A DNA stretch of 64,000 nucleotides from Styela clava. Taxonomy: Eukaryota. The notes below the pieces were generated by a model. It was not told the DNA's origin and searched no databases. It was given only the letters and a program-made list of their open reading frames with translations. The position numbers and the translations under genes were made by a program. Positions 51,472-64,000 of this stretch are shown one piece after another. The stretch covers positions 14,880,001-14,944,000 of the forward strand of contig NC_135251.1 in NCBI RefSeq assembly GCF_964204865.1, given 5' to 3'. Positions within the stretch are counted from its first letter, which is position 1. Every line of letters begins with the position of its first letter.

Positions 51472-54400
51472 CTACAGTTGATTTATAGTTCCCAACAAAT
51501 GTATAGGCCGGGTTTTATATCTTTTTGAAATGTCATCTTCGATCTGCATTTAAATATTTTATGATTAACCAAATTTGCTTGTACTTAAAAAAAACTAGCA
51601 TTTTCAAGAGGCAATTCACTGCAGTACTCAATATAGAACTGGTTTACTGGTGAATATTAATTAGGATATAATATCTATCAAAGAGTGATAAACCTGACAG
51701 GGTTACATGCATCTTTTCAGGACTGTGGGTGGACGTGTTACCGGCTTACCGCATATCATATGGTCCGATTAAGCAACTCTCATTATTTATGTTCGGTTTA
51801 TTTTGTTTTTACATGTCAATCTTTTTATTAAACCAATTTGCTTTCAGTTTATAACCATTCTAATCATGCACAATTATGTTGCATTACCCACCAAGAGTAT
51901 GATATATTTTAGTGGGTCAAATCTTTGAAGTCTTGGTAAATTTCTACTCAAAGCGAGTTCCCCAAAAACTCCTCAAAAGTATTGACAAGGTCATCGACAT
52001 AGGAGGTGCAGATGATCAATGAAAATTTTAGAATCATACATGGTTCAAATAGGAGAAACCTCTATAGAGTTAAAGAAGGAAACTGACACCACCATCACTA
52101 ATTGTACTACCATCAAATCAAAGCATATAACAATTTTTCACAAGCTTGAAACCTGTTTCCTCACACATGTTAGTAAGTTGTGCTATTGTCAATAGGATCA
52201 TAAAATCCTAGTTGAATGTACCAAATGTTGAATAATAATTGACAACTGTGCTTACAAATACTTACACAATCAATGTTAAATAAAATCTTACCAGTTTTTG
52301 CCACGCTTTAGTTTCTTCTATAAGTGCTTTTAGTTTAGGTTGAAGTGATCTTTGTTCAACAACAGCATCCGATCTTCTTTTAATTTGCTCTAATTTAATA
52401 CCTTGATGTTTATCAACAAGAGCAAGCTGCCTTTTAAGTGTATCGATCAGTCGATCAACATACCTGTTTGATCAAGATTAGGAATATGAAAGTATATTCA
52501 AAGAAAAATGTATCTCAACAGAGGATTGCTCAGAATTGTTCAATGTGACGTTGATGTGGAATAAAGATATGAATTGGATAAGTATATATGGATGTTTCTC
52601 CAATCATTAACTTCCTTATATATTTGTTTCAAATTGTATAATTATCAAGGTGATATGACAATTGAAATTGAGGCAGCTACTCAGATACAGTACTTCTGAA
52701 TAGTAGGTAATTAACATTTGGAATCTTAATGACGGCGATCTTATGAACCTATTTGTGTTGTGAGCACTGACTAGCTTTCAAGTCAAAAGTTGAGGAAAAG
52801 CATATTGCATATTTTTGATTATCTCCCATGTAGCCTGAACCTAAATAATCTTTGATCAGACACGAGAGCCTGATTTGTTTTTGTTTAAATGTGTTATAGA
52901 AAAAAAAAGACTTCTTCTTTTAGAAAATCTGTGTATTCCCTTAGAAAAATATATACGACAAGACAAGGATTTGGCAAGTTTACAGAATATATTAATTATT
53001 TTGTCATACCTGGCTGTCTACAGCCAAAGCGAGACCAGGCCAGGTATTTGATTTCTGATATAGATATTATTTTATTTACCTTGGTGATCCCAATATCCTG
53101 CACAAATGAGTCATCCTTGTTGATGTTAAGGAGTCGTAAATGCTTGTGACCTTTGACTCCATGGTTTGCATGTCTTTCAAAGATCGCATTTGCAATAATG
53201 CAGGTGCAGATTGAAATTGATTTATAGAGAGAACATCTGCAGGCATTGCCAATTCTTTAGCACGTTGAGAGAGAAAACCTTTGAGCTATATAATAAAATT
53301 CAGTGAACTGTTTCAGTATCAGTACTTTAGTCCTAGCCAGGATAGGATGGGATTTACATATTTATCCCGGGGAGAGGCAAGCCGGTTACCAGTGTTGAGT
53401 ATGGAATTGGTTAGCCAGGTATTTGTTTTCAGAAGCATGGACTTCATTCCTATTAATCTGAGGATATTTTTAAACAGCTTCTCAAATTAATCAAAAACTC
53501 AAGGTTTATGGTTTTCATGTGAATAAACAGTAAATCTTGTCCTGTTTTTTATAGTGTGCAATAGGAAATGATTTTCATATTTATCCTAGGATAAATGATA
53601 AGATGGCATAAAAATTTGTTAAACTCAATCCTTTTGTCCAGCTACCTCAAAATCACCGCCCAATGATGAAATTTATTCTATATATATTTATTTACAGTCA
53701 GATTTTTCATAATCCTGTTTCTGATTACACATTATTAACAAAAATTTAGATAACGAATACTCATTGAGCTTCTCATTTTTAGACAATTTTCATGCTTGCC
53801 ACTTCCTTAGAGCTCTGTAGCTAACTATGATGTTCAGAATCATTTATAATAACAAACCTCTATTAACTCATTGACAAACAAAGTCCTTGTTTTTAGGTTC
53901 TCCAGGACTGTCATTGCATCATCACCAATGGCTGTTCCTTCATCTAACATTGCAGATCCGTTAGGTACCTCTTCGATAGTTATCTGTAACCATTTCATAT
54001 AAATTAATATAACAGAAAAACTATATTTATCAGAAGCTCCTCTGTAGGCTAATTGTCATCAATAGAGGTAGCAAATCTGGGTTCAGTTGGGGTGAAGGTC
54101 TGGCACAGTTTAGGATTGAAAATTTTATATTGACTGAGTGGGGGTTGTTAATGTGCTCAGTTCTCGTCTCAGAAGCACAAAATATGGTGATTCTGTTAGA
54201 AATTGTCATTGTCTGCATGGGCATGGCTAGCACAACATGTAGGTATATTAAGATTGCTGCTTCCATGGTATTGATGAAGTTGAATGCACAACTGTAAGAC
54301 CAAGTTAAGATGGGAGTCGAATAAACAAAACCCAACCTATGCCAGACCTTGACTAAAGTGTACAGTAGGGGTGTGCAACATGCAGCTCGTGGGCCAGAAC

Positions 54401-57400
54401 CCAGCCCACCAAGCCGTTTAGTGTGGCCCTTATCAAGACTCAGATTTTTACCCACCAAGCATAAAATCCTTATCGGACAGTTTGTGTCTTGAAAAGGGGC
54501 TCACATGGGTGAAAAAACAATGTATTTTCGTTCTTGTCGCTGCGTTAAAGCTTCCGGCGTTGCCCGGGTATTACTGTAGCCACCTGATAATGTTGAATAG
54601 CCCTATTCACCAATTACTTATTTTACATACTTCCTCAATATCCCAATTACTTTTGCTTTCAGACTCAACGATTTCAAATCCATTTTCTTCATTTTTTGGT
54701 TCTTCTTCACCAGCTGTTTCTAATGTTATTTCACCTATGCCAGTGTCATCTAATTCTATGCCAAAATCTATTTCATCTGGCACTGGTACATCATCAATTG
54801 CCCCCCAGTCAATCTATACACAGAAAATATAAAAACACATTTTGAAAGACAGCATATAAAATAGGTAATCATAGTCCTGAAAAAAAAAAAAAAACAGAAA
54901 GTTGAAATGAAATTCACACATTTGAAGATTTTCATTACCAACTACCAAGCATCGAAAATCATGTCAATTTGACAAGCTTACAACAAATTGCTCAAAGGTT
55001 TAAGTTCCCTTTGGTTCATATACAAAACAAACAACTGGAAGTTGAGGTGAAAGAACATCTTGTATCTTTTTAGTTAATGGATGATTAGCGGTTATATTGT
55101 TGATGAATATAGATCACAAGCTACACCAAAAACATGAATGTAGATTACATAATACGGGATGACCAACAAAAACAGAACCCAGGTCATATTCTAGAGCTGG
55201 GGGTCCTGACCCCCCATCATCCTGTGGGTCACAAACAGGCTCAATGGAGGTTGCGGTGAAATCTTTTACGATACTAACTTATGCTAAAACAAAATATCGA
55301 TCAACTTTGGAAGATTTGTACTCATCATCACCGAAGAGGAGCCAAGATTCAATCTTTTGTGCGAGAATATGTGAGCACATCGGTCTTATTAAAAATATCG
55401 CCAGTTTTATTATTTTTTATATTTTATGTTTTATTAAAATTAAATTTCACTTATTAAATTTAGCAGTGCCAAATGGGTTGTAGTGGAAGTCGTTCGAAGA
55501 ACACTGTTCCATAAGGAACATAACATTTGTACAAACCACAAGGCGATTTATATTACTGAAACTTTTGGGTACGATCATACACAAAGTAACACACAAGTGT
55601 TATTAAATAAATTTTCTTCATTTTCGTAAAATCAAGAGAATATGGGTTCTGTTTTTTTAAAGTCACCTCGTACAACGGCACCCAATACATATTGAAACAT
55701 CAGGCTTAGCAATTGAAAAACACTAAAAAATGAGATAATGTCCAACTAAAATATCACAAAACGTAAGACAACAAATCTTACCTCTCCTCCTTGATCCTCT
55801 TCGAGTTCAGTTTTACAAATTTCAGCATCTTTGTGAATGATTTTACTTGGAACGTTTCCAGTTCTCCATTGATATACAGTTGCATTACCATTTTGTGATA
55901 TAAAGTTGAGCAAAGGTGTGATAGAGTTTTTAAATTGGTCACTGTAACATGAAGACGAATAATGTAAGGGATTGCATCCAATATCTAGTCGTAAGTTACA
56001 GTAGTTACGGATATTGTTGACATACAGTGATAGAAGTTAAACAATTTTTCAACTCAATAGCTTGAATACAAACCCTCAATTGGGAAACTTTGCCCAAGTT
56101 TCCCAATTGAGAAGTTGTTTTAGGAATGGAATTTTATTTTGTATATGCATGAAGTACTGCTACCAATATTCTTTATAATTTAGTATTATTTATATACACA
56201 TTACACATTATAAACCAGTGGTTCTTAAACTTTTTCGAGCGCGACCCAAATCTGAGTTTTATGAATACTCGCGACCCAATCCTAAATAACGCAAAATGTG
56301 TTTTTAATGTTAGTACAGTTTGACTCAAATACAGACAACTATTTATTAGAAACAGTCCATTGACTCAGTGAGATTGATGAAACTGAAATTTCAATACACA
56401 GCTCTATTTTACTTAACGCAATACGCAGGTTGTCACGGGTATCGAGGCGATTGCGAGCTTAGTTTTGATAACCGTCAGTGCCAAATATCCTCGCTCGCAC
56501 AAGTGCCTTGTCGCGAATTGTAGCAGAAAAGGCGTCCGCTGTCCGTCGCAAACACGACATCCTAGCTGGCCTTCGGTATCTCTCGCAATATACAACTTTT
56601 TACTCATCAAATGTGCACACACTGCTTCGTTCGAGGTAAATGGTGCCTCGAGATGAAGTCACATTTTCTCTAGATATTGAATAATCTAATGTCGAGAAGC
56701 GAGCTTTTTCATTGCGTCGTCTATTACAATTTACATTACCAAAAAGACACCCATTTTTGGTTATTTTAATCCACTAAGACGACATTCCACGCGGTCAACA
56801 CAACGACAAGCGACGTGCATGGTTACCGATACCATAACAATAATACACGTGACTGGCATATCAGAATTGTGATGTAACAATGAGCTCAAGACAGTTCTTT
56901 CCGTGAATGAAATTTTATTTTTTATTATTTTTAAATACAGGAGTTTAGAAGCTAAATTGAAACATTGGGAAAGCTGAAAATTCTTCCTTCTCCTCTTAGA
57001 TTGCCCTTGCATTGACGACCTCGTCGCGACCCATGTTTGGGTCGCGACCCATACTTTAAGAACCACTGTTATAAACTATGGTATTGAATTTATAACAAAT
57101 TCAGAGTGCGAGTTACACGTATCACTAGCTGATGATCCAATGAATATTGGAAGGGAAGCGCGTTTTTTTTCTTCATAATTAATTTATTATCTTTGATTTT
57201 GCCTTTGAAAAACACAAAAAACGATATATATATATATATTCTGTGTTCTCCAAATCATAAATCATACCTTTCGAGAGTAAATTCAACAAACGTTGCATAG
57301 AATTCTGAGATTGATTCAATTTCTTTGACCTTTTCTGCAATATCATTGAATTCATTTGGTAAATTTTTTACAAGATCCAACAATTCATTTTTAACATGAT

Positions 57401-59031
57401 CGCCAGTTATTCCAATCTTTTTGCATTCAACTTTATATAATCTTCGAGCTTCATTTGCATTCCTGATACAGTCCTGTTCTTTTTTTGAACATTCCTAAAG
57501 TGGTCAGAAAGATAATAGAGTACAGTATAATATGTTTCACATCAATAAGTAAATATATACAATATTGGAGTGTGGCTAATATTGTTTTGTGTGGGTTAGT
57601 CTGCAAGACAAATCGAGGTATTCAAGGCCCTCCGACTCGATACTTTTCCATTTTTCTAAGAATTGAGGACGCACTCATACTCAGACTCTAGACTGTAAAC
57701 TGAATATAATATGTGGTACTTCGTATTATTATGATTATTATGGCTTGCCAGCGCTCGCCTATTCAGGATAAATATGCCATAGAATCCCTAATAATATACC
57801 AGGAGGTCCTGTTTAAATCAGTTCTATTCTTCCAAACTTAGATCTGCATGTTTAAGATTAAGGATAGGAGATATTTTGTATAATTTTCATGCTGAACAAA
57901 AGTTCAAGATTAGCAGCCAGATGGGCACAACTACTTACTTGGTACTGCCGATGGTACATACAGAGTTATACCTGACCTGAAATAATAAAGAATTTACTCA
58001 CTTCCTGTATTTGTTCACATTTTGTTCTTTGTCTCTTGATTGATGGAATTTCATAAGTAAGATTCCGAAGTAATCTGCTCGATAATTCAGCAAGATATAG
58101 ATTTTCTTTTTCATACAACTTCACAATTTCTTGCCAATCCTGTTGAATATTAAGAAATAGTGAGTATTTCATGCAAAATATTCGAAGATTCATAAATATT
58201 GGGCATTACATATATAAAAATAAAACTCTCAAGTCACAATTGTTATATTCAGCAAATATCTCTAATTTATTTATTCAAACATATTCCAGTTTTTTATAAG
58301 AATATTTCTTGAAGAAAAGTTACACAGATTCACTCAGACGCAGAGGAGCTTTTCTCTGAGCTAGAGTATGGGTGACAATGGAAGTGCCAAGCGATACTTT
58401 GATATGCAGAATTATATTAGTGAATTTCAAGTTCCTAAATGCCAACCAGACTTGAAGCAGCTCAATGATCAATATGATCAGCAGAACAGCTTAATTCCAC
58501 ATAACTAAAACTTGGAAATAACTTTTAGTACTTGACATTAAATGCAACAAATACCTTCATTCGTTGAGAGGAATACAGTCCAAATATATTTTTACTATCT
58601 TTTTCAGTGTCCCTCAATACATCAACAATTTTTTTGCACTTGAAATAATGAAAACATGATCCTTCCAGCAACTTCTTCATCTCTGGTGTGCTTGGCATGT
58701 CTTGCAGAGCATTAGAAATTTTCTCTTTTACAACCTGAAATGTTGATTTTTTTTAGTCATTTAATTGAAACAAGTTTACGTAAAGTTAGTAAGTTACAGG
58801 ACGTATGCCAGACATGAAGCCTTTTTAGACTAAACCGCTTGGATACTTAATAATTCAGGAATCAAGAACAGATATTTAAAATATTCATGTAATGCAAGTA
58901 CCTCAGACAATACATACCTCAGCCGATGTTTGCCACTTTATATTGCAATGTCTTCGATCTATCAACCAATCAACTAATTTTGTACATTGAATATCTATCG
59001 GAAGTAGATTTTCACCTTCTGTATTGGACAT
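51472..59031 (-). CDS. CDK5RAP3: CDK5 regulatory subunit-associated protein 3 (C53; UFMylation/ER-phagy adaptor), 525 aa
   Basis: Exons 59031-58918, 58734-58555, 58139-58002, 57494-57268, 55941-55782, 54813-54631, 53983-53858, 53285-53080, 52463-52292, 51543-51472 (1578 nt). Motifs LPIDIQCTKLVDWLIDRRHC, NIFGLYSSQRMKDWQEIVKLYEKENLYLAE, GNATVYQWRTG, IDWG, SPRYVDR, IEDDISKRYKNRPIHLLG. Confidence 0.95.
56216..57068 (-). mobile_element. Non-autonomous hAT (Charlie/Buster-like) element, 853 bp, in CDK5RAP3 intron 4
   Basis: Perfect 14-bp TIRs CAGTGGTTCTTAAA / TTTAAGAACCACTG; perfect 8-bp TSD TTATAAAC. Minus-strand relic LLQFATRHLCERGYLALTVIKTK resembles the Buster C-terminal LLPFATTYLCE.GFS....KTK. 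Confidence 0.92.
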
Positions 59032-59052
59032 CTTGATGTTCGACACTACTAA

Positions 59053-59115
59053 CTAGCGAAAAGATCAATAAGCTTACACTAAAAAGTGATATTAAGAAGT
59101 TTGGCAGCATTTATT
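59053..59115 (-). promoter_or_regulatory. Candidate PWP1 polyadenylation signal next to a 3' splice (trans-splice) acceptor for CDK5RAP3
   Basis: Minus strand: AATAAA at 59115-59110, then ATCACTTTTTAG (AG at 59080-59079) and GATCTTTTCGCTAG (AG at 59054-59053), just upstream of the ATG at 59031. Confidence 0.45.
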
Positions 59116-59536
59116 AAAGAGCACTACTCCTATTTTGGAAAATTTAAACATTCTGCCTGAAGTAGTTGGTAAAGAGAGTATGGACTTTTGAGTAAGAGAT
59201 TTGGATGAAATATTTCTCATAATACAAACAAACATTTAAAATGCAGTGTAAATTAATTTATTAACCTATGAATGTTTATCAAATCTCTCAGAAAAATATT
59301 GACGAATATCAGAAGTGTTATGGAAATAAATCTCAACAGGATTTCGCAGGCATGATGAATTAGGTTAAATTCTGAAGATCAAAGTAAACATTTCAAAAGA
59401 AATGAAGAATGACAACTGCCAAAATATGGACATAACATAATAAAAAATATTTTGAATTTTCAAACTAATTTCAAGTCAATATTATTATCGTTTCTTGAGC
59501 TTATTTTTATCTTTCCAAGACCAATGTAGTTCATTG

Positions 59537-61189
59537 TTAGATCAGTGATTTTTTATTTTGTATTGACTGGTTCGCAGAAGTTTTTTTCTTTCTTTTACGT
59601 TTTTTCTTTTTTGAATCACCAGAACCATTAGGATGATTTCCATTTTGTTTAGAAAATTTATTTATTTTGTTAGGTTTAATGTAATCCTCTCCCTGTATAT
59701 ATTTCAAAACTTCATCATCCTCTTCTCCATCTCCACTAATTGGACTAATTAATGTAACATCACTATTTATATTATTAACTTGCTCTGGTAAATCAAAGTA
59801 CTTTGCAGTTTCAGAAATTTTTGCAAGGTCCCACAATCTGACTTGACCTTTTTGTCCACCGAAAGCAACAACAGAATTTTCATCTGGATTGCCTTCACAA
59901 CAATGTACCATTCCCATTTTCATATCTTTTTCATGAACTAATTTTGGTTTGTCAAAATTTAGGTCCCAAAGTTTTACAAGACCATCACTAGAAGCAGTTT
60001 GAAGTAAGCAGGAATTATTTTTAGAATCAGATTGATTCAAGAAAAGGCCAGGAATTGCACCTTCATGCGCTTTCCATTTATGTATAAATTCGGTAGGCTT
60101 TCTTACATCACAATAAAAAGCAAAACCAGAATCACAACTGGCAACAAAGTATTTACTATTTTCATTATTCCATGTGATGCGTTCAACTTCCCCATCAATA
60201 GTCCATTGTGCAACTGTTCTTATTTCCAGAGTATCTGTCATAATTATATTTCCATCAAAAGCACCTGACAGTAAATGTTTATCAGATTTTGGCATCCAAG
60301 CTAGAGTTTGAACTTTATTTTTATGGTCTCTGAAGACTCGAGTTGCTTTTCCTAATTCCAAGTCCCAAAGAGCTATAACTGTATCTGCCGATGCGGAAGC
60401 TAGCTGGTCATGTACAACATCAGTCCATGCTATATCTAGAATTGCATCAGCATGTCGAAAGTCAATTTTTCTCCTTTGTTTTGAAACTTTACCTTTCCCA
60501 ATAGAAGCCACAGGCTCTAGTGAATTTAATACATCTAAATCCCATATATCAATCGTTCCATTAAAGTTGCCTACAGCAAGGAGGTTGCCTGAATTCATAT
60601 TCTCAGCACCTGGATCAAATCCAACCCATTGCATACATAATGGTGTTTCCAACAAAGGTATATCATGATGAACATAGAAGTCTCCTGATTTGTGATTATA
60701 TACATAAACTTCCAAAACACTAGAATGTTGACCACATCTGGCACAAACAAGCAGATTGTCATCAGGTTTGAGTTGGACTGCTGACTTTTCTGCTGATTCG
60801 TCTTCAGAATCAGAGTTGATATTTGAATCAGATTTTGACTTCTTTGTGATATAAGGATCCGCATCATTGTCTGCAAACATGACCAAACCAGAAATACCAG
60901 TTGTGAAATCACCTTTTTCATCATCATAATTTTCTAGACCATATTCTTGTAGATCTTCTTCATCAGAATGTGATTTTTCAGGACCAACTTTGATTACAAT
61001 TTTTCTATCATCATTTTCATCTTCCTCAGAATCAGCATCCTCTTCTATATCTTGTAGCTTCTCATTTTTCATAACAAGTTTCAATTCTTCAGGAGTTAGA
61101 ATAACTTGATCAGGTTCAAGTTTTGCAACTCCTCTTTTAACCCATGTCAGACAGAATATCTGACTATTTTTTCCCTTGACTTCATCCAT
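59537..61189 (-). CDS. PWP1: Periodic tryptophan protein 1 homolog (WD40, ribosome biogenesis), 550 aa, single coding exon
   Basis: WVKRGVAK, acidic N-terminal region, LKPDDNLL, LEVYVYN...FYVHHDI.L...PLC..W, GNLLAVG...IDIWDLD, LASASAD..I.LWDL, WD40 repeats and a basic C-terminal NLS. Confidence 0.93.
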   Translation of the reverse strand: MDEVKGKNSQIFCLTWVKRGVAKLEPDQVILTPEELKLVMKNEKLQDIEEDADSEEDENDDRKIVIKVGPEKSHSDEEDLQEYGLENYDDEKGDFTTGISGLVMFADNDADPYITKKSKSDSNINSDSEDESAEKSAVQLKPDDNLLVCARCGQHSSVLEVYVYNHKSGDFYVHHDIPLLETPLCMQWVGFDPGAENMNSGNLLAVGNFNGTIDIWDLDVLNSLEPVASIGKGKVSKQRRKIDFRHADAILDIAWTDVVHDQLASASADTVIALWDLELGKATRVFRDHKNKVQTLAWMPKSDKHLLSGAFDGNIIMTDTLEIRTVAQWTIDGEVERITWNNENSKYFVASCDSGFAFYCDVRKPTEFIHKWKAHEGAIPGLFLNQSDSKNNSCLLQTASSDGLVKLWDLNFDKPKLVHEKDMKMGMVHCCEGNPDENSVVAFGGQKGQVRLWDLAKISETAKYFDLPEQVNNINSDVTLISPISGDGEEDDEVLKYIQGEDYIKPNKINKFSKQNGNHPNGSGDSKKKKRKRKKKTSANQSIQNKKSLI

Positions 61190-61934
61190 TTAATTTTCTG
61201 AAAATGTGAAAGCAAAAATTATGCATTTATAACCTATATACGGGTAATACTTCATTATTTACTGACTCTCAAGAGCCATTGGCATGTTGTTATGTTTTCA
61301 TTTCAATTAAGTTTCACTGAATCTGTTTCGAGTAATAAACTACACCAAGGTCGTAAAAAAGTCTAATTATGAAGGGAAAAAATGGTACAGCTGGGCAGTT
61401 ACAGTAAATATGAAATGTGGTAAAATCCATGAACTATGTACTAAATATTCTCATTAGCAGATAGCAATCAGTTCCATCAGACATACATGACATAACAATC
61501 AGCATAGTATCATATAAATAAGTCACCTCAAACTCTCTGGACATTTGCAAAATCATTAAATATAAAAGAGCGATAGGAATTTTCTGGGAAGAATAATACT
61601 TCGTTTATGAAGCGAATAAAATAGAGAAAAATAGTTGGTTAACCCGTTGACCGCATGTTGAGTGTGGGTGGGCTGGGGTAGATAGATTATTTCGAAAACT
61701 TCACAATCTGACAATACAAAAAAATGAAAAATGGAGAATTCTGGAGAGCAAGCAAAACCTTTAAAAACGTTTAAAACAAGATGAGTATCATGTGCTCGCT
61801 CACCACAAACTTTATTAAACAAGGCTTGGGCCAGCAATAAACACAAAAAAATACGCAAATGTAATGAAATTTCGGGTAGTTGTTTACTTTTAAAATACTC
61901 AAGCTAATAAGGACCAATTCAATCCGATACAAAG

Positions 61935-62245
61935 ACGAGAATATCGATCGAAGACTTATCGATCAAAGTTAGGGATCCCCAAAACAGAAACTTCGGTTTC
62001 GATTCATTCGCTCTGACCCTATAGTGACACTGCGTGTCCCATTACTAATTAATTAATAACTCTCAAATTATTCGACATAATTCATTATTTATCCAAAATC
62101 AATAGGCTTCTGGTCCGAGATATGATGAATGCACATGCAAAATTTGGAGCAGATTCTACCTCGCTTTCGTGAGATATCGCGTCTAACAGACAGACAGACA
62201 AACAAATACCTATCAACATACTTACCGATCAAGATCGATAAGTAA
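61935..62245 (-). mobile_element. HINE family 1 copy
   Basis: ACGAGAATATCGATCGAAGACTTATCGATC ... (CAGA)n ... CTTACCGATCAAGATCGATAAGTAA, homologous to the other family-1 copies. Confidence 0.85.
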
Positions 62246-63549
62246 CAAAGTGTGTAGGTGTAAATGTAATGTGATAAGGTGACGAGAAGGGTCAAAAACC
62301 ATAAAAACTACATTGATTTGGCATTGGTGACAATGTGATACAGTGAATCAAGATACATATAAACAAATCAAAACAATGCTGGTAAATTCTGCGCTCCGGC
62401 AATTATAAAATCAATTATCAGGAAAACACTAACTGACTAATCACACGTAAACATGTCGGCCCATATAATTAATATATTATAATATGTTTGCAGTGCTTTT
62501 CCTACAAAAATATGGAATAAAAAGCACTCGTTGACGTAAAATGGTGATGCCGTAGTTCAATTTCATTGCAAAAATACCACAGTGACAAAAAAATTGTTAC
62601 TAAAAAAACAAGCTCCGTAAACAGATTGAAAGTTTCATTACAGTCTATGCACAAACATGGATTCGTGTATTGGGTTCTTTTGTCGTTTTCGATACGTTGA
62701 ATTTAAAATCATTGTATCCGTTTCAATGCTTCCAATATTAATATCGAATTTCCAGAACGACCACCATTTCAACAGGTGCAGTGGTCTTTTTGGTGCTTTT
62801 GTGAAAAACCTACTGTAATTTTCAAGATTCACTAGTGGACTACTATAAATTTAAAAGAGCCTACATAGCTATAGCCTACAGGCCTACTAGACTTACTATT
62901 TCAGTGTCACAAGATTCAATTTACACAACAGCACAAAGAGGATCCAACATAAAATCTATCTGACACATTGATAGATACTGAGATAATGAGTTTAAGCAGG
63001 AAGAAGTGACTAAAAGGCTTGTTTACTTGTTCTGTTCTTTCAAAACCATCATTCCGATTCAAAATGTTTGAGCAAATGCTGATATCTTATTTTAGTGTTG
63101 CCTATTTCAGTATTCGCTATTTCAGGTTTTTAGGAACTACAGGGCTAATTTTTGATTACTGCAACTAAACTAAAACTCCTCCGAAGGCGAACTGAATTTT
63201 TAGTTATTCAATTTATAGCTAAATTCAAGATTCTCAGATAGCAATGCACTAATGTATAAAAATATGCCTAAGTCAGTGAGTGCAGGAGTAACAATGCGTC
63301 TAAATGGCTGTACAAATCTCAATTTTTTGGCACCTTTGACATCTTGCCTATTTTCGAACTACGATTTGGACCTTATGGTTTGCGAAAAAACGAGAGCACG
63401 TGGGTATTAGGTTTCCATTGAGGAAACTTTTTCTTTCAATTTTTTCTCTCTCGTTTACAGATCATTTAGTTCGGATCGTCGTGGTGAGAGGTTCTCTATT
63501 TTGCACATATTCTGCCATTTAAGTGTCTTTCAAAGTTCTTTTAGGGACA

Positions 63550-63679
63550 ATGTCCGATACATCTTCGGGGTTGAAAATTTCTCATTCTTTGATGATATTT
63601 TTTGTTATTGTCTGTACAATTTTTCTGCCAGCAATTCTAGCAATTTGGTTGCTATCACTATCTATCAGAACCCATTATG
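63550..63679 (+). CDS. Probable first coding exon of an unidentified membrane-anchored protein (3'-partial)
   Basis: Acceptor TCTCGTTTACAG at 63460, ATG at 63550, MSDTSSGLKISHSLMIFFVIVCTIFLPAILAIWLLSLSIRTHY (one hydrophobic helix), donor G|GTGAGT at 63680. No family recognisable. Confidence 0.4.
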
Positions 63680-64000
63680 GTGAGTATTCCATATTTTTCC
63701 TGAACTTGAGTTTTTGGTTGGCCATCAAACAACAAATCATTAAGATCTCATTTAAAATCTTGGTAGTGTAGTCCAATACGGTATCTCTGTATCTAGCAAT
63801 TCTCTGATCAGGTAAATTTAGTCTATATAGACTACAAATATATTTAATCCTGAAATCCTACTTTGTCTATAGTCTGGTATTTGAATCACACCTTCTGATT
63901 CAGTAATAATTTCATAATACACTAATAATGTTTCCTAACCTAAGTTCTGCGGTAGGTATTGTTAGTGTACTATTGCATGTGACTCGATTTTTCATGAGTG

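Noticed and set aside
51544-58917. Intronic snoRNAs in CDK5RAP3
   Set aside because: No convincing C/D or H/ACA box pair with a terminal stem found by eye; an Rfam/Infernal scan would be needed.

Overview
AT-rich, intron-containing animal genomic DNA; probably a tunicate/ascidian (inferred from gene content and an operon-like layout, not proven). I assembled gene models by hand from GT-AG junctions, and all reading frames close. In order, the window holds: (1) a 5'-truncated, 12-exon, >=1580-aa gene with a huge Lys/Pro/Thr/Arg-rich repeat region, a CBM2-like module and a GH9 cellulase fold that has lost both DAGD catalytic aspartates; (2) a ~4.3/4.7-kb tandem duplication carrying a decayed rolling-stone paralog, a hAT transposase relic and Helentron-type non-autonomous elements; (3) three intact tandem rolling-stone (Rost, AIG1/ADTRP-related) membrane-protein genes on the minus strand; (4) Dickkopf-3; (5) an NK3/bagpipe homeobox gene with an eh1-like motif C-terminal to the homeodomain; (6) CDK5RAP3 directly downstream of a PWP1 gene with no coding introns, arranged like a trans-spliced operon; (7) a probable first coding exon of a membrane protein; and several MITEs and hAT derivatives. 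The best candidate for an undescribed system is the extensin-like, polycationic CBM2 + dead-GH9 protein, a possible structural organiser of cellulose.
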